DNA from: Balanoglossus misakiensis
Lineage: Eukaryota > Animalia > Hemichordata
DNA: 64,000 bases
Assembly: GCA_040954595.2 (NCBI GenBank)
Contig: CM082588.2
Location: 12,526,157-12,590,156, forward strand
Reading direction: 5' to 3'
Below are positions 1 to 13,107 of this stretch, piece by piece. Below the pieces are notes generated by a model. That model saw only the letters and a program-made list of their open reading frames with translations. It did not search any database and was not told the DNA's origin. Position 1 is the stretch's first letter; every line of letters starts with the position of its first letter. The position numbers and the translations under genes are program-made.

Positions 1-620
1 CCAGATTGCTTTGCAATTTGGTAGGCATGTTCGTAGGGGTAACCTAAATAATATGTTGTAAAAAAATGTGATATTTGCATAAATGTGTTATCGGGGAAAC
101 TTTTGCAATTTTTGTCAAAAATTGTTTTCTCTGAAACAGCTTGTCCTATTGCATTGAACTTAGGCAGCATGTTCCTTGTAGTGATAGAAGTAAGATATTG
201 TACAATTTTGGTGATATTTGCATATTTGGTTTTTGCCATTTTTGAACAAATATTTTCTGTGAAACTGCTTGTTGGATTGCTTTGAAATTAGATTTTTCTC
301 TGATTGCTTTGAAATTTAGGATATAATTTCATAACACATACCTGTATATGTGCAACTTTTATTCAATTCTGAGATCACAAAGATTAAATATTTAGCGAGT
401 TTTTTTGGTAAGTTTCTTTGTTTTTGGTTAGCAAATCTTCTCCTAAACAAATTGTCCAGTTGTTTTTAAAGTTACTATTTACAAGGAGTTGTTACCTCAA
501 ACAAAGACATGTTTACATAACTTAAATAGGCCAGCTGTTACAGATACCACCAGCTATCAAATTTTAATTCCCAGTGGCAGGTCAGTGTGTGTCTGTTCCA
601 GAGCTGACTGAAAGAAGTTG
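1..620. mobile_element. Helentron/HINE-like non-autonomous element, distal part (copy A)
   Basis: Paralog of 19427-20050; internal degenerate repeats of gattgctttgaaatt type; end point approximate. Confidence 0.4.
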
Positions 621-1382
621 CTTCGCATATGTGTTTGTACAGACAATTTTTGGTCAATTTTTTTTCTAGCACCACTTGTAAGACTGCCATGACACATGAC
701 AATTTATTGGGCATGTTCCTTGTTAATGTTTTTACATTCCATATTTCTATATGGTCAGATCATATCTGCTTGCAAATGTCACCTGTAATTTTTATTCTGG
801 TGTGTCACTGTTTCCGCATAATCCTCAAATGTCATCAGATCTCCGAATGTGATGAAAACAGTGTGTCTTGAGTGTTTTTTTAAATGACCTTTTGGGTTAA
901 AAGTGGCAAAAATGGCAATTTTGTCTTGAAAGGGGTCAATAAGACTGACTTTTTTGGAATCAGCACCATTTTTTACATTGAATGGACTAGTCTGCTCAAA
1001 CTTTCCTTACCAAAAATTCTGTTTAATCTTCTGAAACATGTATACTAGTATACATGTAGCTGCCTGATAGTTTGCCCTGTGTGTGTAATTGCTGAGTGAC
1101 ATAACACATTCTGTGATTGGTGCAGTCACGTAACCACCAATCAGATCGCTTGTTATAAGGAGAACTGCACGACCTTTAACCGCATTAGCATACCTGATTT
1201 TAGGACTCGATATTACCTCTGAGGACGCAATATTTAAGTTGAAGTTTTTTTCTTTTATCATATTAGAGCAAGAAGACTTGTTTTTTATGTAAAGGAAATA
1301 GACCCTAATATACAGAGTGCATTTTGAAACGATAGGCAGGTCCGGCCCATAGCCTAATTCTTCATTTTTCTGTCATGCGTAG

Positions 1383-1499
1383 GAATTGATCAGTGCTAAC
1401 AACCCATGTCAAAATGGCAGCACTTGCCAACCCTAACCTCGTGTGTGGCATTGACGTGCACCTGCCAAGGATCCTATACTGGGGAGCGCTGTGAAAATT
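1383..1499 (+). pseudogene. 8-Cys EGF-like exon (disrupted: frameshifts and TAA)
   Basis: ag|GAATTGATCAGTGC...GAAAATT|gtcagt; reconstructs to IDQC-NNPCQNGSTCQ-LTSCVALTCTCQGSYTGERCEN. Confidence 0.85.
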
Positions 1500-1959
1500 G
1501 TCAGTCAGTTTCTTTTGTCAAATTAATCAATATGTGTGGGACTGCTATACATGTATATAAAACAGAATACTGCGATGGAAAATTCTATAACTTAATGTTT
1601 CAGTGGATATATGACTTAAAGTTAGCAGGATGCAGTAAATTCAACAGAAAGTGTAATTTCTCTTGTGTGAGCTCTGTGCGACTGTGCCAATGAAAATCTC
1701 ACCACAAACAAAAATGACAGGTATACACTGTATATTAGCAGCTTTGTCTCTGTAATAGCCATAGTGTTTTGAAGTTGAAAACTTGCAAAGTGTGCAGTTT
1801 TATTCACACTACAAAGGAAACATTGTTGAAACGGATTATCTGTGTACATTGTCAAACTGTACACTTGTCGTGAGATTTATTCTCAATTATATTATATCAT
1901 GCTACAGTCCACAATTCTGATTGGACGAGAGTTCAATTCAGCGATGCTAAAATACTCAA

Positions 1960-3185
1960 TAATGCACTGCTGGCAGTGGTAAAAACGGGCTTTCTGTTTG
2001 CCACCTGGGTTTGTTCTTTAGGTTGTTGTATGTGTTTACACTCATCATGTTTATTGTAGAACCAGGGTCGATCAGTGAGGCAACTGCTGTTTGTTCTATC
2101 TGCACTGTTACTCGAGGCCTCCTGCCATTTGATTGTTGTACAGTGAGACAGTATTCATCTCCCGAGCTGTCTTCCACTTTATGCACAGCTTTGACAGTTT
2201 CATCCTTGTCTACCCTATTTGCCTTGCCTTTTGATCGGCAGCATTTGGCAAAATGGTTATGTTTGCCACACTTCCTGCATGACTTGCCTTTAGCTGGACA
2301 TACTGAGTCATGTGGATAGGTGCCACCACAATAATAACAAGTGGACGGTCCTTTCGCTGGCTGCTGATGAGCTCTCTTTTGTTTATTTGGTTTCGGGCGT
2401 TGATGGCGCTGTTTTCTGACCGCATTCACAGATGCCGTATCTGCACCATATTTTGGGTTTTCTCCTCAATCCCACTAGCCTGAACCTCTGATACCTCAAA
2501 TGAACGGGCTGTACTCAGTAGATTCTCTAGTGTCGTCTCCTCCCGAAGAGCACGACGTCTGAGACGGGCTGATGTGAATCCTCGTATGATTTGTGATTTG
2601 ACCTCTTGATCCTTATTGGTGAAGTCACATATGTTTCTGCTAGGCGTTGCAAACAAGTGTGATAGGCATCAATCGATTCGCCGTTGTTTTGTATGGTGTC
2701 TCTGAAGATGAATCGTTCGTATTCAATGTTCCGTTTGGGTGAGAAGTACGACGTAAGCTTTAATTTGGCTGTTTCACAGCTCGTTCCTGTATCTGGTAGA
2801 GTATCAAAGAAGTCGGAAACTTCCTCACCTGCCCAGTGCAATAGCAGTGCACGTTGTCGCTTGTCATCTGTAATGTTGAATGCGACAAATGCGTTTTCTA
2901 CTCTAGCCATGTACTTTTTCCATCTCGTACTGGTGGTTGTCGGATCTGAATGAATAGGAAAACTCGGCATTGACGGCTAGCTGATTCTCCATGTTCTCCG
3001 TCCTCGTCGCCAAATATAGAATCGTGGGTGGGCAATAATGACAACACGAGACACCAAGTCCGGCATGTAAGAGTGAGAGTGCTTAGCCTCGTTCACGCAC
3101 TTTATTCATAATGACCCGAATGTTGCATTACGTCATTTTACAGAATGTATAAAGTATAGATGCTCACCAGTGTTTGGACACTACA
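1960..3185 (-). mobile_element. Ty3/Gypsy LTR retrotransposon remnant: 5' LTR, PBS, frameshifted gag, start of protease
   Basis: Gag-like ORFs 2527-2970, 2426-2656, 1956-2429 with tandem knuckles CYYCGGTYPHDSVC and CRKCGKHNHFAKCC; protease-like LIDPGSTIN; PBS TGGCGACGAGG (rc of 3002-3012); ~170-bp LTR 3015-3185 starting TGTAG with AATAAA (rc of 3101-3106). Confidence 0.9.
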
Positions 3186-3386
3186 GTATACATGTGACTG
3201 CAGTGTCTTTCCAATCATGAATTTGCAAGGTGTCCTTCAGAGAAATTCTTCTGATTCTCTTTTCTGATTTGCTTTGCATATATAACTTAATGATCTCATT
3301 TGTTGGAATTCCCTGTCTCAAATTTTTGATGATCAGTCTCTGCCCAATTGCTCATCGTCCAAACTTTCTTGTGTATTGAAAACCAG

Positions 3387-3510
3387 GAATCAACCAATGC
3401 GATCCCAATCCGTGCTTGAACAGTGGTTTCTGCCAGATGACATCTGGATCATGTCAACTGTACACATGTTTCTGTCAGAATTGTTTTCACTGGTGACCTT
3501 TGTGAACAAA
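3387..3510 (+). pseudogene. 8-Cys EGF-like exon (+1 frameshift, 124 bp)
   Basis: ag|GAATCAACC...GAACAAA|gtaag; INQCDPNPCLNSGFCQMTSGSCQLYTCFCQNCF/TGDLCEQ. Confidence 0.9.
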
Positions 3511-3839
3511 GTAAGTTTTGATTTATTGTCTTGGGTTAATAATTTATACAGTTCAAAGTATCACCATTTCTTTCAATGTGTAGATTTTTTTGTTTTTCTC
3601 TACAAGTGTAATCAAGATCTGCATGAAAATTTGTGTCGCTGTCTCCAAACCCAGCTAGTCCATACAACCAACAGTATGAATCACCACCTCATGCTGGGCG
3701 TAGCCATAGGCTATACATGCCTGCCGGTATCGAAGGCCATTATGAGTATTGGTACCAGACCCCTCTTGAGAATGAATCATGGTTCCACCCTTATGGTAAA
3801 AAGTAAGATTACTCCATGCTAATAAATGACAATATTAGA

Positions 3840-4250
3840 ATGAAAGTACATTCTAAGTGACTTGTCTGGAGCATCGGGCCACTTAATCCCGAAAAATTGC
3901 AATCGGCCTGATTTTCAGTTAACCAATCTAAAGCCCAACTTTTCGTGTATTTAGTTGGGTTTCTAAAACTAACAAATTTATTGACAATATTTATAGCATG
4001 ATGAACACTACTCTCATCAAATAAAATAATGTTGTGTCGTCCACAACTGGTGTAATTTTTATGTGTTTGGAATCGTAGACACCATTTATCTTTTAGTCAA
4101 CTCTAAATCTAATATAACAGTCGCGAAAATTGCTATGACAAACAAAAAATGAAGTGCTGACAGGGGACACCCTTGTCAGATCCCTTTGGATGGATAACAT
4201 TTAGAGAAGACATTGCCATTTTTCAAACATCTAGTATGTGATTATACATA
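3840..4250 (-). mobile_element. Degenerate non-LTR retrotransposon RT fragment (L1/Tx1-like)
   Basis: Reverse strand encodes GI*QGCPLSA (GIRQGCPLS motif) and IKITPVVDDTTLF (YADD region); paralog at about 23260-23670. Confidence 0.7.
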
Positions 4251-4257
4251 GTTTTAA

Positions 4258-4542
4258 CCCTAACGCTGCCAAGTCAGTTTGATATCCAGGGTGCCTAGAA
4301 TCCTGGCTCCCAGGCCTGTTAGGCTGCCAAGGGCAAGTTACGCAGTAGGGCCTATACAAGACCCTCAAACCAAACCAGAGCAAACCAGTACGATTTAGTA
4401 CATTTAAGGGGGCTTAGACTGCCAAGTGTGTTATGAGAGCCATGGCAAGACAGTCAAAATACTTTTAGGAAGAAAAAATGGCAAATACATATTTTAAGGG
4501 ACTTGACACTCTAAACAGGTATGACACCTAGTAGCATTAGGG
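4258..4542. mobile_element. piggyBac-type MITE
   Basis: ttaa|CCCTAACGCTGC ... GTAGCATTAGGG|ttaa: TTAA flanks, CCC/GGG termini, 10/12 TIR match; paralog 23680-23971. Confidence 0.7.
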
Positions 4543-4559
4543 TTAAAATATAACTGCAA

Positions 4560-5195
4560 GCCAAAATGGTCATCTGAGGTCACCCGAAATTTGGGCAAAA
4601 TTGTTTGACCCCATACTGGTCCAGGTCCATCAGAAACCAAACCTGTCGCCTGGAATTAGGTATGCACATAATTAATGAGTTAAGCAGTTGTACAGGTGAC
4701 CTCAAAATTCGGCTTTTCATTTTAGTCCCATCCCTCGAAATGCTAAGGCTGTACCTGCTCTGGAGGCCGAGATATGAGAAAGTAGATCACCTGAGGTCAC
4801 CCAAAATTTTATGGAAAAAATTGGATCCCACACTTGTCCATGTCCAACAGAAACAAAACCTCTAGCCCTATTGGTAAGCCTAGAATTAGGTATGCACATA
4901 ATTAATTAGGTCAAAGGTCAAGGGGTAACAAGTACATGTGTATGCTTCATCCCACCAAATATGAAGTCTGTCGGTCTAATAGTTACGTACTTATGAGCAT
5001 TTATGTTATATATAGTTCAAAGGTCACCAAGGTCACGTGACATTGCGGCGAAATGATTTGGTCCAATAGTTGTACCTGTCCACCAAAAATCAGCTCCCTA
5101 GGTGTATTAGTTAGCGTAGAAGTAGATATGTGTTTTTCAAGGTGGGTCAAAGGTCAAGGGGTCACCCGAAATTTGGCTTCTCATTTCGGCCCCTT
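4560..5195. mobile_element. Interspersed repeat with internal tandem units (Helentron/HINE-like)
   Basis: Recurring gaggtcacccgaaattt and ggtcaaaggtcaaggg motifs; related inverted fragment at about 43660-43910; paralog about 23990-24635. Confidence 0.4.
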
Positions 5196-6321
5196 GGTCA
5201 GTCCCTGTCACACTCCATAAATGGAGACATGTTCTGCGCAACCGCAGTACGTGTAACCTCTTGAACTCAGATGTGCACATGCGTACAGCAGTCCCTGTTC
5301 ACACCATAAATGGAGACGTGTTCTGCGCAACCACAGCTGGACCTGTGAAAGATCAAATCCGATCGACCTATTTAGTTTCCGTATATTATATTGACCAATG
5401 CAGACTAAATCTAATAGAATTACTACATGTAGTATATCGTGTATAATACACACGTTTGGCAATATTGCAGTTTGAGTGTTAGATGCAGACGTGTATACCC
5501 GATCTAAATTTCCGGCCTACACATGTACATGTATCACTGTTCACGTGTACATACACCTTAACTGCGTTCTGAAAATGACATGGTATTTTCAAAATGTTAC
5601 CCCAGATTACCCCATCATGTGAGAGCCATGAAACTCACACCCATTGTCCAGCAGTAGTTAGTTGACTATCCTATTCACTCAAAACAAAAAGAACGGGTGT
5701 GAAAAAGTCACTAAAACAGCATTGATACAGAGGTGTATAACACTGTCCATGATTTCAAGAGAAAAACATGAACGCAGCCCAGGCAGATCGGTCACTGTAT
5801 GTGGCGATATCTTTCTAAGTATTTCACTCAACTTGTACAGACGATGCCATGCTGTCTTCTGGAATGTGCTGGTAACGTCACACATCAAAACATATTGATG
5901 AAGCCCTTCCCTGCGGCTCGGGCATCATGAATATTATTAAGGTCAAAGATCACCATCCCTTGTGCAGGCAAAAGATCATGATATTGCCCTTGCTAACATG
6001 TGTTATTATTTAAATACGATGTTGTCATAGCTTTACTATGCAGGTATAGTAAAGCCTATGCCTTGGTCCAGACCCCCCATGGTCAATGAAAAAATATGAA
6101 ATATAATGATCAAAAATCTTCTTCTCAAAATCGGCATACCCTAATTTGAAAATTTCGCCCTTATATGGTCATCAGGTCACTTGACTAATTTAACATTCAC
6201 GGACGTACTGCACCAGATCTCATTGGCCTGCATCATTGTGCCAAATTTGAGAATTGTAGGTTCAGCCGTTTTCAAGATCCTAGTGGCCGATGAAAGTGCC
6301 AAAGAAGAAAAAAATGCCAAC

Positions 6322-6461
6322 AATACCAATAGGGTCAATAGGGGCTTGGGCCCCTAAAAACCCCAGTAATAACAATAGGGGCCCCGCCCATAGGGGCTTG
6401 GGCCCCTAAAAACGCGAGTAATACCAATAGGGGCCCCGCCCATAGGGGCTTGGGCCCCTAA
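6322..6461. repeat. GC-rich ~45-bp minisatellite (3 units; 2 units in copy B at about 25768-25861)
   Basis: aataccaatagggggccccgcccataggggcttgggcccctaa-type unit repeated. Confidence 0.85.
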
Positions 6462-6939
6462 TAAGTTAGTTGTAAAGTTATTACTGAGCTTGAATTTCAC
6501 TAGCGACTAAAACTAAACAAAAACAAATCAAAGTATCACAAGCTTTATTTTGGTTTGATGTAGGATGTAATATGCTTATAGCACACTGCCAAATTAATGT
6601 CAACCAATAAGACCGGTAGGATATGATCGAAAACCACACGTATTAATGTGTAAAAGGCCGAACTTCCCAATAAATTTGGGTAGCCGACTACAGAGTCGAA
6701 CCGATGCATGAACTGAAGTATCAAGACACATGGACTATTATTGATTGTTTCAGCAATTTGACTTAAGTTTATAATTTCCTATGGCAGTTTTTGCCGACAA
6801 GAATCAATGCCTGACCAAACAAAATGGACATTTTCACATGATCGTTACTGAGGTCACAAGTTAGCCAAGCCCTCATACACGCGCTATTCGGACGTATCGG
6901 TGATCTGTTTATGTGTTTAGCTAAGGTGGTAAACTGTTC

Positions 6940-7747
6940 ATCAATCAATCAATCAATCAAAATGACTTATAGAGCACCAAACTCCACTGCAATAGTGTTC
7001 AATAGCGCTTTACAATGTAAAGTTATGTTAATAGGCTCTGTTAAACAGATAAGTCTTGATGTGTTTCTTGAAACTGTCAAGTCTAGGTGACTATTGGGAC
7101 ACTCTTCCAAATGAGTGGGGCGATATACGGTACATGAAGTAGAAATTTGTCATTTGAACGAAGAAGTCTTGTTGAAGTTTTCAGATGGATTAAGTCAGAG
7201 ATGTAAGCTGGTGCTGTGTTGTTTAATGCCTTATATGTCATAAGCAAGATCTTGTATTGGATTCTATAGTGTACAGGCAACCAATGTAAATCCATGAGAA
7301 CACGAGTAATATGATCCGTTTTACGGGTATGAGAAACGATCCTGGCTGCAGAATTCAGGGCATGCTGTAGCATGCATGATGATGGTAAACCACAGAGTAG
7401 TGCATTACAGTAGTCCAGTTTTGATGTGATTAGAGCATGAACCAGCATCTGGCAAACTTCCTTAGTGAGGTAACGGCGAATGTGGCTGATTTGACGCAGA
7501 TGGAAGAAAATTGACTTGCAAATTGCATTAATGTGCTTATTGAAAGTGTAATTGTCGTCGAATGTCACACCTATATTCCGTGCAGAATTCACAATTTGAA
7601 CACAACATGATCCAATGCTCATGTGGTTTATGGGACGAGGCGAGCGGTTGAACTGAGACCTTATCAGGAGTACCTCGGTTTTGCCACCATTGAGTTGAAG
7701 TTTATTATGTGTCATCCAGGTTTTTATTTCGTGAACTGCCCTTTCCA
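6940..7747 (-). mobile_element. L2/CR1-group LINE 3' fragment with (TTGA)n tail
   Basis: ORF 7083-7715 with [19 protein letters not shown] and LHWLPV..RIQYKIL; atcaatcaatcaa tail at 6940-6960. Confidence 0.9.
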
Positions 7748-8157
7748 GTTAAATATCGCAACTAGCCATAATGTTTGACTGGGAGGAGCACCTATACTAA
7801 TGCGAGAACCAGGGATTGAAAGTTGCACCTGTGTTTTGATCCCTTAGTTACCCTTATAAGTACATTTGTAGTTTAATAACCATAGTTCTATTGCAAACCA
7901 TTCTTTCCGTAGTTTTTTTTTTCAAATATTGTAATCTGAATTTATTTTGGTGTTTAACAGGTGTGATTATCTGTATTGACGGCCATTTTGAAAAATATTG
8001 GTTGCCATGGAAACTCTTCAACAGATATTTAGTGACTCGCTATCTGAATTTGTTCAGTACACATTAACACACATCTGAGCCAAGTTTGGTATTTTTATCA
8101 CAAAATACACAATCGATATGAAAATTTGGGTTTTGGTGCTCCACTACATAAGTAACA

Positions 8158-8531
8158 TTAAGGATGTACATTCAGTAAAATTGAAAGCATTGTCATTTTT
8201 TTTAATTGTTGATTTTTTTATTCTCCTTTGTATGTATAATGAAAATCCGTAATAAAATATAGGGGTCACCGGGCTTGTTTTTGAAATACAGAGCCATGAG
8301 TTTGGTCGATAATAGAAGAAATCTGCTGACTCAGCATTTTTCACCAATGGTTTGTCTATGGGCAAAATTCTTAACGCAATTTATCTCAAAAAGAGCGCGG
8401 TGACCCCTATATTTTATTTGACCAATGAATTTATATTTGCTGGACTGAGCTATGTGTAAAATTTCGTGAAAATGACAATAGTAGAAGTTTGTTTTCTGGC
8501 GATTATCAATGTAATCCTATGGGAAAAAGAC
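8158..8531. mobile_element. Possible Kolobok-type DNA transposon fragment (absent in copy B)
   Basis: ttaa-GG start; internal inverted pair aaaatataggggtcaccg / cggtgacccctatatttt. Confidence 0.4.
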
Positions 8532-9967
8532 CGGGCGTGCAGTGTTTCTAGTTTATGTTCTGCGCGTACATCCTTGATAAAGTTTGCTGGCTAGAGGGCT
8601 CCTTAACCTCCCTAATATTTGACGTCTTCACTCCTACAGGACTGCGCAGCTGGAAGTTATAGTTCAGCATGTTCTGAAGCATGCACGCTGTGTCCAAGGG
8701 TTTCATGTGTGGAACAGCCAGCCTCTCATCACCAACACAATGTGGACAGGGATATTTTGCCAACAATGGAAGTATAGACTGTATGCCTTGTCCTGCCCCG
8801 GGTATAAGTGCCAATATGATGGTATGTCGGAGCCAGAGGTGTGTGAAGATGTATACTACACTAATATAGAGGGTGAGTCAGCACTTAAAATTTGGGCATT
8901 ACTGTGTAATCTTTCACTTAAGGCGGACGATCATCTTATGTGCATGTGCGTAATTCTGTGCGTACAAACATTACGTCCAGTCCAAATATTCTGCCAATTT
9001 TACATCCAATGCATTCAAATAGTGGACTGCTTCGCTTTCATCCAGTTTTCATGTGCATCGTATAAGTAGACTTTTGTTTTGTCCCGTCTTTTCACCGAAT
9101 TTGCTCTTTTCCAAATATCCGACACAGACTATGATCGTCACGATCTTGTCTGTTGTTAGAACAGCACACTGTCATATGGCATTGACTGTATACAGTTTCT
9201 GTTACCAATATCTCTGGTTTGGCATTTTCCTGTCCTCAATCATTTGCCAGGGATTTTTGTCTCCCCAACCCGCGTGAGAATCCCACGTCTTTGAAGGTAT
9301 GACTGTGACTATAAGATTCTATAAATCTCTGTTTATTTTCAGCACAAACATCATGTGCTGATTGGCCAACTGGTAACCAATGTCCAAATGGTAACACTGT
9401 GATTTTATGCTCGGCTGGTTATTACAGTTCGGCCTTGGACAAAGGATGTCTCGCTGTACCTCTTGCATAAAAGGTAAACTTCTACCCACCCACCTTTATT
9501 TCCAACATCAAACATTAGGTCAGGTAATTTACTAACTGAAAAATAGGATGGGAACATTTTCCATTTCTGTATTTAAAATTTACTGATATAATATATGAAT
9601 GAAAAAATGACAAATTTTCCAAATTTGAATAGACCTCTATTTATGAAAATAATTAAAATTTGCGCCAAATTTTTACAGTGGTATTTAAAGGTTAACTTGG
9701 TGTGTTAATTCTTTGTTTGATTTACAGATCAGCCGGTGCTGAACAGTGTACTATTTGTGAGCAAGGGTACGCCTGCACAGATCCCAGTGCATCGCAATTC
9801 AAGTGTACCAAGGGTTACGTGTCATTGGCTAGTGCAACAAACTGTACCAGATGTACAAATGGTAAGATTGTGGTACTTGTTCAGTTTGCTGTGTGATGAA
9901 ACTGAGGGGTATGTCTGTATGCATGTATGTGTTTACAACAGATTTTCAAGTCAGTGCGACTGGGGTT

Positions 9968-9968
9968 A

Positions 9969-10007
<39 letters not shown>

Positions 10008-10008
10008 G
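9968..10008. repeat. (TG)n/(TGTA)n microsatellite
   Basis: Direct reading; shorter allele at about 30747-30778. Confidence 0.9.
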
Positions 10009-10886
10009 TTTACAACAGATTATCAACTCGGTGCGAGATCTTGCGAGACCCGGTTAGCCATGTGAGATCTCGCAGAGTCTTATGATATTCAGAAAATGGT
10101 TGATTAGAAATGACGTTTAATGTCCTCCAAAGAATTTTCTACATGCCTGTATACTTGTCTCAGAATTATGAAGTGAATCATCTCAAGTAATTTGTTATTT
10201 TAAATGACACTGTATCACAAATACTTCACTAAAAACCTCATTTTCTTTGATCAGATGAAATAAGTGAGGAGCCTGCACGCACATCCCATCTTCTGTGCCC
10301 TGCTGGACAATCGTGTTCAGATCCAATGTAAGATCCGCTTGACTGTGGCAATGGTGAATATGCTATGGAAGGCGACGGCACATGCACGCCTTGTCCAGCA
10401 GGATCCAAGTGTCCAACCATGTCACCCGTAGTGGATTGTTCAACAGTTACTGGTAAGTTGGGCTGCAAATCACTCTTGTGACTTCCCTGTGTTATAGCAT
10501 GACATACACAGAAAATTAAACTGTTATGCTCATTGGAGTTGATATTGTGATGCACTTTGAGAAACACAATGATTCCACTGAAGAGGTATTGTACAGTAAC
10601 ACCTGTGATTACGGACATCTCTCTAATAAGGGATCGTTGGACCAAACCAATCGTTCTTTGAATTTTTTTTGTGATAGGTTCATACTCGCTAGGTTCGGCC
10701 ACGTCCTTCTGGTTATGAATGCACAACTACAAGTGTCACACAGTGCGCTACAGGGCAGTAAAGTGTTGAAGGAGGTAAGTCTTGAAATCTCTTTTCTTCT
10801 GGTCTCGATTTGAACATGGTTCCACAAGTTGTTTTCATCACTTGTAGTTTTACATATTTTTTGAGTTCAACAGCTATGCAATACAT

Positions 10887-11893
10887 GGTGTCCTGAGAAG
10901 TCGACCAGTATGAGAAGTCGGTATCGGCCAGTACGAGAAGTCGGCCTGTGGGAGAGAACCCTGGTACTTTGTGTTATATATAACTGTTTCACTACGAAAT
11001 GTTTCCTTGATGTACAGGAGCTGAGATATTTGTACAAATAGCCGATGAATTTTAAAACTGTCTGTTCACTTTGCATGTACGTCACCGGGGTACGTCAACA
11101 TCAGTCACCTGCACTTCTTGCGCTGCGCCAGTAGTCAGTTCCTCGTTACGTTTGTTTGTTTGGTGTTGTCTCAAAGTATGCATATACACATACATCTTCT
11201 ATGTATTTTAGTAGGCTTTGAAACAACTCCCTGTAAAGGGACAAAGTCTCTCTCTCGCTGCCCTTTTTCCATTAATAATATTTGATACAAGACACCATTT
11301 ATTTATTCTAAATGTGGATATATAGTGAATCAACGTTCAACCACACACAACTTCAATCCAACTTGTAGACACGAGAGTGAAAAACTTGCCAAAATGAATA
11401 ATCGTTGTTTACCATTTATTCATTTTGGCGGGATTTTTACACTCATATCCTACAAACGGGATGGAATTTGTCTGTAGTTGAATGTGGATTCTCAATATAT
11501 CCACATGTAGAATAATGTGAACGGTGTCTTGTATCAAACATAATTAATGGAAAAAGGTTCGCGCGAGAGAGACTTTGTCCCTTTAATCAGAAATGTCACA
11601 GGAATTTGGCGAACAACCTAAGCTCCTTACGCGGATACGGGGCTGGGGAGCCGGTACGGATGCCAGACGCCATTATTTGAAATGACGCCATTGTGTTGTC
11701 AAGAATTTGGGAAATCCGTCCAAATGAAAATATTTAGTGCAATTATATTTTATTAAGTGTTGTTATAAGTAATCTGGGTCATCACTGCACTATTCGGGTA
11801 CAAGTTCAACAACTGGCCGACTTCTCGTACTGGCCGACTTCTCATACGCGCGTACTGGCCGACTTCTAATCTGGCCGACTTCTCATGTATTCC
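10887..11893. mobile_element. Non-autonomous DNA transposon with repeat-containing TIRs and 7-bp TSD
   Basis: Left tandem gagaagtcggcc units, right tandem ggccgacttctc units; GG...CC termini; flanks aatacat/tatacat (copy B tatacat/tattcat at 31666-32323). Confidence 0.75.
11237..11582. mobile_element. Fully palindromic Kolobok/T2-type MITE nested in the previous element (copy A only)
   Basis: gtaa|AGGGACAAAGTCTCTCTC ... GAGAGAGACTTTGTCCCT|ttaa; arms pair to a centre near 11408; copy B has a single TTAA (caactccct ttaa tcag, about 32030). Confidence 0.85.
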
Positions 11894-13107
11894 TATACAT
11901 TAGTGAAAATTGGGGAAACTGGTGTTTTTCAGACAACTTATGAAGTCCCTTTCGCAATATTAACTCTAAAACAGCGGGTGATATTCCTTTTAAAATTTAA
12001 CCAAATAAGCATACTTGAACTCTGTCATATCGGCAAAACACTCACTACACAAGCTGCTGTTATTCTACAGACATGACATGTGCTGATTGCGGCGTAGGTA
12101 ACTACTGTCCAGATGGGTCAGACAGCCCCATTCCTTGTCCATCAAGTTATTATGCTGACACAGCCACAGAAGTATCCTGTACCCCTTGCGATCCAGGCTG
12201 TCAGTGTGCAGCAACATCACCCACTTGCCTGCACATCAAGAACCTACTCTCTGGGACCATCAACAACATGTACTCCCCTTCTACCAGGTTTGTAGTCGTC
12301 TTAGTCGTAAAAACATATTTAAGGTGTTGCGCACCTCGAAATAAAGGGTCGTCTGATCATGTTTAAATTAATACTGATGATACTATGACTTCTAAACATT
12401 TAATCTATGGAATAAAAATTGGGGGTCAACCATCTAGAGTTTTGAAAAAGCGCCCTTTATCTAGCACCTCTTTCAGATTTTGCCAGGCTCGTAGATTTTT
12501 GTAAAATGGCCTCAAAAATAAGAATTTTGGGAGGTTTGTCATATTTTTTCACCATTGTAGAATCTAAATGTTCTGAATTATTTTATTTTTAGCAATTTTG
12601 AGATTGATTCATGTTCAGTATGATAATCGCATGTCAATACAACTGTTACATTAAAGGAAAAGTTCAAATCCGCCTAAAACCACATTGCATTGGTACCTAG
12701 TTAAGTTGTCCTCACTTCTGATGCAAAATTTTGATGTGCAATGCACGTGTCTGTGAAATTGACGAATAAAAAAATTGTATACCAGTGCAAAATTAAAAAC
12801 TCCCTGTGCAGCCATCTTGGCAACTGCATGCTGGGAAAAGTACTCGGATGATGACGAAAAAGTTTCGGGGTTCCGTGTAGTGCTACCCCGGAATACAATG
12901 TTGGGTGCAGACTACAACTATGGAAAAGAGATGCAGAATGTCATGTGATATAGTAGTGAAAACAAATACACGTTGGTTCACGTATTTCAGCTCTCAGCAA
13001 TCAGGGTGCATTGAAAGGCCTTGATTGGTGTGATATTCACAATTGATTATTATAAAAACTTACAGTTGTATACTGTTTTATTTTGTAAATATTGTGTACA
13101 TTTGCAG

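Larger units (their letters stand above)
8640..12287 (+). pseudogene. Six exons encoding Ephrin_rec_like/GCC2_GCC3-type Cys-rich repeats (copy A)
   Basis: AG/GT-bounded exons 8640-8872, 9343-9473, 9728-9861, 10255-10452, 10678-10774, 12071-12287; peptides such as CGQGYFANNGSIDCMPCPA/GYKC, CTICEQGYAC, CTPCPAGSKCP, CGVGNYCPDGSDSPIPCPSSYY; frameshifts and TAA stops. Confidence 0.85.

Noticed and set aside
4254-4266. taaccctaac as an interstitial telomere seed
   Set aside because: Explained as TTAA target plus the CCC terminus of the piggyBac-type MITE
6322-6461. CRISPR-like repeat/spacer appearance
   Set aside because: Eukaryotic context, no unique spacers of proper length, no cas genes; it is a minisatellite
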